Source: Nostoc sp. | GTDB lineage: Bacteria; Cyanobacteriota; Cyanobacteriia; Cyanobacteriales; Nostocaceae | Reading direction: 5' to 3' | Assembly: GCA_036918135.1 (NCBI GenBank) | Contig: JBALDB010000056.1 | Span: 1 to 64,000, forward strand | DNA length: 64,000 bases | Shown: positions 1 to 8,782 of the stretch, piece by piece | Numbering within the stretch: the first letter of the stretch is position 1 | Layout of the letters: the number at the start of each line of letters is the position of its first letter | The notes under the pieces: model-generated | Databases searched by the model: none | What the model saw: only the letters and a program-made list of their open reading frames with translations | What the model was told of the DNA's origin: nothing | Position numbers and translations under genes: made by a program

Positions 1-210
1 GGTGGTGGATTCGATCCTAGTAAAATACCGTCGTCTGGTGGTGGATTCGATCCTAGCCAAATTCCATCATTTGGTGGTGGTGGATTCGATCCTAGTAAAA
101 TACCGTCGTCTGGTGGTGGATTCGATCCTAGCCAAATTCCATCATTTGGTGGTGGTGGATTCGATCCTAGCCAAATTCCATCATTTGGTGGTGGACAAAT
201 TCCATTCGCT
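1..210 (+). repeat. Coding tandem repeat with 36/39-nt units
   Basis: GGTGGTGGATTCGATCCTAG recurs five times; unit lengths are multiples of 3 and the sequence between copies is repeated, not unique. Confidence 0.9.
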
Positions 211-213
211 TAA
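1..213 (+). CDS. 3' end of a Gly-rich tandem-repeat protein (partial, starts before the window)
   Basis: Frame 1 is open from base 1 to TAA at 211-213: GGGFDPSKIPSSGGGFDPSQIPSFGGGGFDPSKIPSSGGGFDPSQIPSFGGGGFDPSQIPSFGGGQIPFA*. This frame is absent from the ORF track, which shows frame 2 instead. Confidence 0.75.
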   Translation, partial: GGGFDPSKIPSSGGGFDPSQIPSFGGGGFDPSKIPSSGGGFDPSQIPSFGGGGFDPSQIPSFGGGQIPFA

Positions 214-455
214 TAAAGACAGTAATTATAATCCTTGAGTAAATTAGTAGATTGACACAAGGAAATAAACAATAATGATTTTTTCAGTACATACTATGCT
301 AATCAGCTATGTTATGCACTGAAACTTTTTACTATTAAAGACTTTAGCAAAATTTTCTCTCATGTTCGCAATCAAGAAAATTAAAGCCTTGATTTAAATA
401 AATTTTAGGTTGAATAAACTGATACTTGACATAACAAATAGGAGAATTAATATCA

Positions 456-1709
456 ATGGAAGCATTTGCTATCAATTCGATAAATAATGAAGTTAACACC
501 TTGAATGCAAATGGTAGTAACAACCTGTATAACGCTAATTCCTTTGCAGCCAATGGCAGTCTATATACTGAAGGCAGTCAATTGACAGGTGGTAACAATC
601 TGTTTATAGGTAACGGTGGCGGAACTATTCCAGGTGGCGGTATCAACCCCTTTGCTGGCGAAGCTGGTGGTAAGCTTCAGCAATTAATTTTTGACCGCTT
701 GAAGTTAATTCTAGGTGACAATTTTTTCAAGGACATTGACAAGACATTGGCTGGAGGTAGCAACCCGTTTCTAACCGGTGGCAATCCCATTTTAGATAGT
801 GGAAATCTGCTTGACCAATCGCCTTTCGATCCGTTAAGAGAAGTCCTTGGTAATAATATACCCTTTAGTAACAATGGAAATACATCTAATGTTGGTAGTC
901 CACCGTTTAATCAAGATAACGCACCTGTTGGTAATGCTAACAGGAACTTTGGTAATAATAACGCGACCATTGGTAATTTTAACTCTGATTATGGCAATGA
1001 CAGCGCAACCATTGGTAATGGCAATTGGAACTTTAATAACGACAACGCAACCATTGGTAATGGTAACTGGTTATTTGCAAAAGATAACACAACCCTTGGT
1101 AACGGCAACTGGTATTGGGACAACGGAAGTAACAACGCAACACTAGGAAATGGCAATTGGCACTTCGGGACTGACAACTCAACCATTGGAAACGGCAATT
1201 GGCACTTTGGTGATGACAATACAAGCTTAGGAAATGGTAACTGGGATTTTGGTAGTAATAATACAATTATTGGCAATGGCAACTGGGTTTTTACCAGTGG
1301 AAATACAATCATTGGTAATGGTAATTGGCTAAAAGATAGTGACAACACAACTATTGGAAACGTTAACAACACCGACAATTTTTCGCAAGGAGTCAGAACT
1401 GATGCTAACAACCTGATTGACTCCCTTATAGGTAGAATAGGTCAAGATTTTACTGTGTTAACAGGAGATTTTGATGTATCAAGTACCCAGACGTATAACC
1501 GACTTATTTCTTCTAGAAGTAATGATATTAGTGACAGCGATATATCTAACAATATTCAGCGAGTTTTGGCATCACTCAACATGATTCCTGGGAATCAGCC
1601 TGGGCAAAACCCGCAATCTGTCCCAGAACCCACTTCTTCAGTGTCGCTGTTAGTAATGGCGGTTGTGTGTTTGCTATTGTCAATTTTTAAGAAACAACAA
1701 CACTGTTAA
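456..1709 (+). CDS. PEP-CTERM protein with Asn/Gly-rich 14-residue (xTIGNGNWxF) beta-solenoid-like repeats
   Basis: C-terminal VPEP, hydrophobic helix and KK; about 11 repeats in the middle; AGGAG upstream of the ATG. Confidence 0.85.
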   Translation: MEAFAINSINNEVNTLNANGSNNLYNANSFAANGSLYTEGSQLTGGNNLFIGNGGGTIPGGGINPFAGEAGGKLQQLIFDRLKLILGDNFFKDIDKTLAGGSNPFLTGGNPILDSGNLLDQSPFDPLREVLGNNIPFSNNGNTSNVGSPPFNQDNAPVGNANRNFGNNNATIGNFNSDYGNDSATIGNGNWNFNNDNATIGNGNWLFAKDNTTLGNGNWYWDNGSNNATLGNGNWHFGTDNSTIGNGNWHFGDDNTSLGNGNWDFGSNNTIIGNGNWVFTSGNTIIGNGNWLKDSDNTTIGNVNNTDNFSQGVRTDANNLIDSLIGRIGQDFTVLTGDFDVSSTQTYNRLISSRSNDISDSDISNNIQRVLASLNMIPGNQPGQNPQSVPEPTSSVSLLVMAVVCLLLSIFKKQQHC

Positions 1710-1721
1710 AGTCAATATTTA

Positions 1722-4700
1722 TTAAACCGTCACCCCTTCCAACTCCTCATCTGTCAACTCATATAATTGGCGCAATTTATCTAACTTATCATCATCAGCT
1801 TGCCAAAAACCACGCCCATGCGCCTCCAACATTCTGCCTACAATATTGCGGAAAGCTTCTGGATTTGCTTTGCGTAATTTCTCTGCCATTTCTGCATCTA
1901 AAGCATAAGTATCAGCTGCTTGGTTATATACCCAATCATCGGTAAAATCGGCAGTACCACCCCAACCGATTAAAGCCGTCATGCGTTGGGAAATTTCAAA
2001 AGCACCACCCGAACCTTGATTTGACATTGCTTCGGCCCATTTGGGATTTACTAATTTACTGCGATATTCGATTCTGAGTAAATCATCTAAATTGCGGGGT
2101 GTAGTATCTTTTGAGAAACTTTCCACAAAACTAGTTGTAACTTTATTACCGCGTTGTTTTTCTGCTGCCTTTTTCAAACCGCCAGTATTAGCGTAATATT
2201 CTTGAATATCGGTTAAACCATATTCTACAGAATCGATTTCTTGGATAATGCGATCGCTTGTTTTTAATAATGTATTCAAAACTTCTGGTCTAGCTTCACC
2301 TTTATCTTCTCTACCATAGCTAAATACATTCCGACTTTGCCAAGTATTGCCTAATTCCTCACTAGATTCCCAGTTACCATCAACTACTCTATCATTCACC
2401 AAAGAACCAAAATCACCTGCCGGATTAGAAAACAGTCTCGCCGATGCATTTTCTACACCTTGGGCTTTTAAAACTAAAGCGTGCTTTCTAATAAAATTCC
2501 TATCTTCCGGTTCATCAATATTAGCTGCCCGTTGAAATAAATCATCCAACAATTCAATGATATTGACAAAACTATCTCGAAAAATTCCAGATAAATTTCC
2601 TAACACATCAATCCGCGGATGTCCAACCTCAGCCAAAGGTTTTAATTCATAACGAACAATTCGCCCAGTTCCTTCCTTAACAGGTTCAGCCCCCACCAAT
2701 TCCAACAGAATTCCTAAAGATTCACCCTTAGTTTTAATTGCATCTAATCCCCATAACATCACCGCCACCGTTTCTGGGTACTTACCATGTTCTTCCAAAT
2801 GCTGGGCGATAATTTTTTGAGCAATTTCTCGTCCTCGTTCATAAGCCCCAGGTGAAGGCATTCTATAAGGATCTAAAGCATGAATATTTCTCCCAGTTGG
2901 TAACACCCCAACACCATCCCGCAACAAATCACCGCCAGGTGCAGGCGGAATATATTCCCCATTCAATCCCCTTAATAAATTTGTTAATTCATCTGTAGAT
3001 TGCATCAACAAATCTTTGATTAGTCTTTCTTCTTCTTCTCTTTCTTCTCTGCGTCTGTGTAATTCCTCTCCAAAATAAGCCTCTAAATACGAAGCTAATT
3101 CTTCCTCACTTGGCTTTTCTCCCAATGTATGCAACCCAGAAGAAAACAGACGATTTTCTAAAACTTGCAAATATTCGTATAATTCCACTAAATAATCTTC
3201 AAAAGCATGAGTACTAAACATCCGAATGTTTTCTGGAGAAAAGGAAATACCCAACTTTTTCGCATCTTCAAACGGACAATCTGCATCTAAACCCGTATCC
3301 AGAATTTTTTTACAAATTGCTTCTTTGAGGGCATAATTCTTTTGTGGGTCTTCGCGATACTCTGAGATTAAATCTCGCAATGCCATTAATTCCTTATATA
3401 AACCTGCCCGACCATAAGGCGGTACATTGTGAGAAATCAATACACCATAACCGCGACGTTTTGCCAAAATTGACTCAGAAGGATTATTCGCCGCATATAT
3501 ATATAGATTAGGCAAATCTCCTAACAAAATATCCGACCAAGAATAACCCGTATTCCCCAAAGGAGAACCAGGCAACCATTCCACCGTACCATGCATTCCA
3601 AAGTGAACTATAGCATCAGCTTGAAACTCGTTTTGCAACCATTTATAATAAGCAGCATATTGGGGATGGGGCGTTAAATCGCGTTCAAACATTAAGCGCA
3701 TTGGGTCGCCTTGTATTCCCAAAGGTGGTTGTACCCCTACCCAGACATTGCCTAATTGCACACCACCAATTTGAAATTCATCACCATAGGTTTTAATACC
3801 AGTCGCCGTCAAAGATTTCCATTGTTTTTCAATGCGAGATGTTTGCAGATATCCCAGCCATTTTTCTAATGTGCGGACGTTTACAGACGTGGGGATGTTA
3901 TTTGAGTCATTTAAAGTTTCGTCTGCTTCTTTTACCCAGCGAATCAATTCTTCACCGTCTTCTGGTAAATCTGCAATGTTGTAACCTTGTTCTTTGAGTG
4001 CAGAAAGAAACTTCAAAAGACTACGGGGGACATTTAATAATGCAGCTGTGCCCACAGCACCGTAACCTGGGGGGAAGCCATATAGAATAATTGCAATCTT
4101 GCGTTCAGATGCAGGTTTTTGCCGCAAAGCCACCCAACTTTTCACTCTACCAATTAATCGCTGTACCCGTTCGGGAACCAAATAAATATTTTCGCCTACT
4201 AAACCGCCGAGGGGAACAGTATCAATTGCACCATCCAATTCTGGTAAAGCATACAATACTACACTTTGCAAGCCGCCGACACCCTGGCGCGTCCAGGAGT
4301 AGATATCTTGAATTAATAGTGGTGCTGCAACAATATAAGGTAGATTTTTAGCAGTGAGGATGCGCTTTGCTACATCCACCTGACGCCCTGCTTCCATCGA
4401 ACCAGCCGGCCCGCCCACCAGAGGAAAGCCGATTGTTGAAACGATCGCATCCACCTTCACTGCTTCAGTTGAAAGTGAGGGAGTCTCAATATTACCTAAT
4501 TCTCGTTGCTGAATTTCATAGTCGGTTGTCATCCAGTCTCGTACCGCTACGTGTCCTTCCACACCGTTGATGAAAATCGGCAAAGGAATTAATCCAGCTG
4601 ATTCAAAATGCCGAATCAGTTGCGGAATATAAGGTTGTTTAGTAATAACGTGTTTGCGATAAAGTAAAATTCCAATAACAGGTCTTGTAGAGACGCGATT

Positions 4701-5441
4701 CATGAGCCAGCGCGTTGCGGGGGTTCCCCCCGTTGTAGCGACTGGCATCGCCTCTGGGTCTTTAAAATAGGTTTGATACCATTCCAAATATTCACGCGGC
4801 GATACAAAAAACCCTGAATAGTCGGGATGGAGTAACCCCATATTCGGGGTTTCTAGTGGCGGGGGAATCTCGCCGACCTTCAAACCTAAGTATTTTTCTG
4901 CCAGTGTCCAGAATAATGAAGCGACGTTTTCTGAACCGCCAGCATTCCAGTAACCATAGATAATTAACCAGTTGCGTAAGTCTTGGACTTTTTGTACTGG
5001 TACGTATTTGAGGAGTTTCGGCCCAATTTTTAAGAAGCTAATGTAACCAGCGAGTTTGTCTTCTTCTCGTCCGTTGCTAAATTTGTCGAGAATGAATTTA
5101 ACGGGTTTGGGCATTCCTTTGGGTTTATCGCCAATGGCAAAGTTACCCAGCTTGTTTAAACTCATCAATTCCAAGGCTGACTCAAACACCAGCCGAATCG
5201 GAATTTGGGCAAGGCGATCGCGCAGCCACACAACTTGGTCATAATCAAATAGTAAGCTGCCGAAAAACACATCCGCCCCATCAAGTGCTGCTTCTACTTC
5301 TAGGCGTTTGGTTGTTAGATCGCGATCGCTAAATACCCGAATATCCAACTGTGGACAGCCAGAGTTAGCTAAAAAAGCCGCTTTTCTGTACAAATCAGCG
5401 TTAAACGATTCAAACCCAGCAATTAAGACGATGCGTTTCAT
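1722..5441 (-). CDS. bchH: Magnesium chelatase subunit H (BchH-type, CobN/ChlH family)
   Basis: 1239 aa with HFGMHGTVEWLPG, YAANNPSE, LPTGRNIHALDP and DSVEYGLTDIQEYYANTG motifs. Confidence 0.9.
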   Translation of the reverse strand: MKRIVLIAGFESFNADLYRKAAFLANSGCPQLDIRVFSDRDLTTKRLEVEAALDGADVFFGSLLFDYDQVVWLRDRLAQIPIRLVFESALELMSLNKLGNFAIGDKPKGMPKPVKFILDKFSNGREEDKLAGYISFLKIGPKLLKYVPVQKVQDLRNWLIIYGYWNAGGSENVASLFWTLAEKYLGLKVGEIPPPLETPNMGLLHPDYSGFFVSPREYLEWYQTYFKDPEAMPVATTGGTPATRWLMNRVSTRPVIGILLYRKHVITKQPYIPQLIRHFESAGLIPLPIFINGVEGHVAVRDWMTTDYEIQQRELGNIETPSLSTEAVKVDAIVSTIGFPLVGGPAGSMEAGRQVDVAKRILTAKNLPYIVAAPLLIQDIYSWTRQGVGGLQSVVLYALPELDGAIDTVPLGGLVGENIYLVPERVQRLIGRVKSWVALRQKPASERKIAIILYGFPPGYGAVGTAALLNVPRSLLKFLSALKEQGYNIADLPEDGEELIRWVKEADETLNDSNNIPTSVNVRTLEKWLGYLQTSRIEKQWKSLTATGIKTYGDEFQIGGVQLGNVWVGVQPPLGIQGDPMRLMFERDLTPHPQYAAYYKWLQNEFQADAIVHFGMHGTVEWLPGSPLGNTGYSWSDILLGDLPNLYIYAANNPSESILAKRRGYGVLISHNVPPYGRAGLYKELMALRDLISEYREDPQKNYALKEAICKKILDTGLDADCPFEDAKKLGISFSPENIRMFSTHAFEDYLVELYEYLQVLENRLFSSGLHTLGEKPSEEELASYLEAYFGEELHRRREEREEEERLIKDLLMQSTDELTNLLRGLNGEYIPPAPGGDLLRDGVGVLPTGRNIHALDPYRMPSPGAYERGREIAQKIIAQHLEEHGKYPETVAVMLWGLDAIKTKGESLGILLELVGAEPVKEGTGRIVRYELKPLAEVGHPRIDVLGNLSGIFRDSFVNIIELLDDLFQRAANIDEPEDRNFIRKHALVLKAQGVENASARLFSNPAGDFGSLVNDRVVDGNWESSEELGNTWQSRNVFSYGREDKGEARPEVLNTLLKTSDRIIQEIDSVEYGLTDIQEYYANTGGLKKAAEKQRGNKVTTSFVESFSKDTTPRNLDDLLRIEYRSKLVNPKWAEAMSNQGSGGAFEISQRMTALIGWGGTADFTDDWVYNQAADTYALDAEMAEKLRKANPEAFRNIVGRMLEAHGRGFWQADDDKLDKLRQLYELTDEELEGVTV
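4687..4757. mobile_element. Nested small dispersed repeat inserted in frame in bchH
   Basis: GTAGAGACGCGATTCAT, then a 45-nt hairpin (4704-4748), then CGCCTCT. The inner 45 nt match 16946-16990 at 44/45 in reverse complement. Confidence 0.85.
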
Positions 5442-5604
5442 GCACGTAAGTGAAGAAATATTTCTTTACTTAAATTTTAAACGTGCTTTCAGACTGATTG
5501 TTAAATATCTACCGACATATTTCTCTGAGTAGAATCCCCAGTGAACTTTAAAATTGGTGACCTAGTTAAACGTAAGGAAATACGGGCACTGGTACAGCTG
5601 CGCG

Positions 5605-5787
5605 TTGCAGATGTGTACAACGAAGATAGTACCGTTGGTGAGTATATCAATTTCCGAGCGAGAGGGATTGATTCGTCAATTTTTAAGGGAGGATGTGATG
5701 CAAGAATCGGTAATTTATCAAGATATTTTACAAACTCAGGAATTGATTCGTCAATTTTTAAGCCTGCTGCTTCTGAGCGAACTTTGA
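5605..5787 (+). pseudogene. Fragment of an Rpn/DUF4351-type (putative transposase-like) gene with an internal duplication
   Basis: LIRQFLREDVMQESVIYQDILQ resembles the C-terminal part of cyanobacterial Rpn-family proteins; 21-bp direct repeat at 5667-5687 and 5742-5762. Confidence 0.55.
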
Positions 5788-5891
5788 TGTAATTTCTTGT
5801 TTGGCGATTATGGGCTAGCCTTCCTAAACCTTCCAGCACCCTCCCAACACTTAATATATATCCCCTGCCCACTCCCCACTCCTCACTTGCT

Positions 5892-7877
5892 TCATTTCAC
5901 AAATTCTGGTAGTTCTATCCAAAAACGACTACCTTGTGAGACTTCTGACTCCATGCCTACCTGTCCACCCATGCGTTCAATGCCTTTACGCACGATCGCT
6001 AGTCCGATTCCTGTACCAGGATAGGCTTCTATGCTGTGTAGACGCTCGAAAACACCAAAAATCCGCTCCCAATGCTGCGGTAAAATGCCTATGCCATTGT
6101 CTTCTACCCACAAACGCAGCCAGCGTTCGCGGTGTTCTGTCCGTATTCTGACTTGGGGTTGAATTCCAGGTGTCACAAATTTAATGGCGTTGGTTATTAA
6201 GTTTGTAATAATTTGCTCGACAGTACGGTAGTTACCCACAATTTCTAGCAGAGGTTCGGCAATTATCACTTGGGCCTGCTTTTGTTGCAGCGATACTTCT
6301 AATTGCGTCAGCACTTGCTTGACTAATGAGTTGAGGTTAATTGGTTGCAGGGGCAAGTCGATGCGACTCAAGCGGCTGTATTCTAACAAGTCCAGCAGCA
6401 GGTTGTCCATCCGCTCGACGTTACTGGCGATGCGATGGAGTAAATCTTGTCCGTTTGAATTTAATACAGTACCGTAGTCTTCTAAAAGAATAGTAGCGAA
6501 TCCCCGGATAGCACGTAGAGGTTCTTGCAAGTCGTGGGAGATAGAGTAGGCAAAAGCTTCTAAGGCACTGTTAGCTTCTTCAAGCTGTTGTGTACGGTTG
6601 TGAACTAATTGTTCGAGTTGTTCGGTGTAGCGCTGCAATTGTTCGCGCAAGCGGGATTGCTGAATAGCGATCGCTAACTGATTTGCCACCTCGCGGGCAA
6701 TTTCCACATCTTCGTCAGTTAATGACCACGGTTGAATTACTCCCACGTTCAAAGAGCCGATTAGCTGTTGTTGAGCAATTACAGGTACATTCATTATTAA
6801 GCGAATGCCTTGGTCGAACAGCCGTTGTTGAACGCGATGGGTTCTGGGATGCTCAGCCAGGTTTTCAATCACGATCGCCTGGTTTTGTTGCAAGTCTTCA
6901 ATGTTGCCAAAATCATGTAATGAGAAAGTTTCGCCGACGGAAAAGCCAATGCCATCATTAGACTCAACAGCTAAGACAGTGGCCTGTTGCTGTTCCCAAT
7001 CAAATAAAGTCACATCCATAAATTGGCAGGGAAGTAAGGGATAAGTCGCAGCCAAAGCAACTTCAGCAATTCCTCTGGGAGAAATTGCCCCCAAAATCGA
7101 CCGATCTAACTCTTGGAGAGTCTGTAATCTTGTTGCATAGCGTTTTAGCGCTTCTTCTGAGCGTTTGCGCCCAGTGATGTCTTCCACTAGCCCATCAATG
7201 ACCAACTCACCATTAATAGTATTAAGCGTTTCATTCACTGATATCCATATATAGCTACCATCTGCTCTACGTAACCATAATTCCCGTTCTCGTCTTTGCT
7301 GTGGTCTAATATCTTCTGCTTTGGAAGAAATCTCATTAAAGCTCCTGTTTGACTGAATTTCTTCTAAAGAATCAAGTCTCAAAAGTCTGAGAAATGCAGT
7401 GTTAACCTCTAGCAAATGTCCGTCAGGAATTGCCTGAAACACGCCGATATCTAATTGGTTGAGTAAAGATTGCAGGCGGTTCTCTAAAAAGCTAGCTCTA
7501 CGCCGAGTTTCATTGCGTTCTAAGACAGACCTCACCGTTGCGGACAAGCGAACCAGGTGCTTGGGTGACTTGAGAATGTAATCATCAAGTCCATTTTTCA
7601 TCGCCTCAACGGCAATCTCCTGAGTGCCTGTGTTGGTAAACATAATCACCGGGCGATAGGGGTAGCGGTTCTTGAGGAGATGTAATATTTCTAAACCATT
7701 GTTCCAACGCAGTTGGTAATCAGTGATTGTCAAGTCAAAGCGACCTGCTAATAGTGCTTGCTCAAACTTATCTGGTTCACCCACTTCCTCTATTTCTACA
7801 TCGGGAAATTCCCGCCGCATTTCGCGGATAATCATAAAGCGGTCATTTGGATTGTCGTCAATAATCAGAATGTGCAT
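5892..7877 (-). CDS. Sensor histidine kinase REC-PAS-GAF-HisKA-HATPase
   Basis: MHILIIDD receiver (likely start 7877; ORF track extends to 7934), SHDLQEPLR H-box, NAIKF, DNGIGI, GTGIGLA. Confidence 0.9.
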   Translation of the reverse strand: MHILIIDDNPNDRFMIIREMRREFPDVEIEEVGEPDKFEQALLAGRFDLTITDYQLRWNNGLEILHLLKNRYPYRPVIMFTNTGTQEIAVEAMKNGLDDYILKSPKHLVRLSATVRSVLERNETRRRASFLENRLQSLLNQLDIGVFQAIPDGHLLEVNTAFLRLLRLDSLEEIQSNRSFNEISSKAEDIRPQQRRERELWLRRADGSYIWISVNETLNTINGELVIDGLVEDITGRKRSEEALKRYATRLQTLQELDRSILGAISPRGIAEVALAATYPLLPCQFMDVTLFDWEQQQATVLAVESNDGIGFSVGETFSLHDFGNIEDLQQNQAIVIENLAEHPRTHRVQQRLFDQGIRLIMNVPVIAQQQLIGSLNVGVIQPWSLTDEDVEIAREVANQLAIAIQQSRLREQLQRYTEQLEQLVHNRTQQLEEANSALEAFAYSISHDLQEPLRAIRGFATILLEDYGTVLNSNGQDLLHRIASNVERMDNLLLDLLEYSRLSRIDLPLQPINLNSLVKQVLTQLEVSLQQKQAQVIIAEPLLEIVGNYRTVEQIITNLITNAIKFVTPGIQPQVRIRTEHRERWLRLWVEDNGIGILPQHWERIFGVFERLHSIEAYPGTGIGLAIVRKGIERMGGQVGMESEVSQGSRFWIELPEFVK

Positions 7878-8149
7878 GGGAAACCAAAATTGATGCTTGA
7901 GAAGCTCTAAGTGCAGAGTACTAAGGAAAGTCAATTTAATAAATTACAACTTTTGTAGTATGTGTTAGGAATGTAACGCATAATTGAAAATGTTTTTGTG
8001 TGTTACGCCGTCTTGAACATACCCTACTGACGCTTGAATTTATTTACCAATCATGAATTACTTAGTAATGCCTTTTCTAGGCTAAACCATTAGTCAGTGT
8101 AAACCAACGGTTGTTGATTTAAATTTAGCTAGTAAGCATCAAGAAACTT

Positions 8150-8584
8150 TACCATTGCAATCTCCCCCTGTTCCTGGGATTTCTGCCCATATCTGAATTT
8201 GGGGTTGTCTATTAACAGGGACAAATTTAATTGCATTACTTAGCAGGTTCACAAGTACTTGAATAAAAATTGTCCAATTACCTATAACTTCTGGAAGTGG
8301 TTGCTCTACATTTACAGCAAGCGAATTAAAGGTTAGGACATCTTGAAAGTCTAGATGTCAGGAATAGTAATGTTTTACCTCCTGCCTCCAGCAAGAACTG
8401 CCTTCTGCCTCCTGCTATACCTGAGCTTGTGGCGATCGCAATTCTACTTCTAGTTGGTTTATAGCTTCTGTAATAATCTCTGTTAGGTTAAGTATACGCA
8501 GCTTAATTTCTACCTGACTCAAGCGCGAGTAACCAAGCAGGTCTTGAATTAGTCCATCCATCCGTTCGGCAGAGGCGACAATCC
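8150..8584 (-). pseudogene. Histidine kinase fragment (HisKA end/HATPase start) interrupted by a MITE
   Basis: Minus strand reads IVASAERMDGLIQDLLGYSRLSQVEIKLRILNLTEIITEAINQLEVELRSPQAQV, then NVEQPLPEVIGNWTIFIQVLVNLLSNAIKFVP; no start and no G-boxes. Confidence 0.85.
8315..8417. mobile_element. 103-bp MITE-like insertion with TA target duplication
   Basis: Flanked by TA at 8313-8314 and 8418-8419; removing it restores the reading AQVNVEQ; related copy near 34526-34617. Confidence 0.75.
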
Positions 8585-8623
8585 TTTAACCTGCTGTCGG
8601 GGCGTACAGATGTAAGCCCCTAC

Positions 8624-8740
8624 TAAGTAGGTCGGCGTAAATAATTTTCGTTGGGATAAGGCAGGAGGCAGGGAAAAAAAGAGTTTGAGCTTTGTTTACT
8701 TTTCTTCGCACAGTTTAGTTTTATTGTGCTGACTTACTTA
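8624..8740. mobile_element. MITE-like element with TAAGTAGGTCGGCG...GCTGACTTACTTA termini
   Basis: Imperfect terminal inverted repeats; inverted related copy at about 55633-55750 and a degenerate one near 42598-42697. Confidence 0.7.
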
Positions 8741-8782
8741 ATATATTTTTAATAATAATTTCGTAAATGGAAATTACCTTAC

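Noticed and set aside
1..238. Possible CRISPR array, and the frame-2 ORF 2..238
   Set aside because: The intervening sequences repeat rather than being unique spacers, unit lengths are multiples of 3 and no cas genes are present; frame 1 gives the more plausible protein.
677..1411. Short overlapping ORFs within the PEP-CTERM gene (and similar 60-140 aa ORFs inside other long genes)
   Set aside because: Shadow frames of well-supported genes with no independent motifs.
5501..5872. ORFs 5501..5872 (-) and 5541..5792 (+)
   Set aside because: Alternative frames over the Rpn-like fragment; their internal repeats only reflect the 21-bp duplication.
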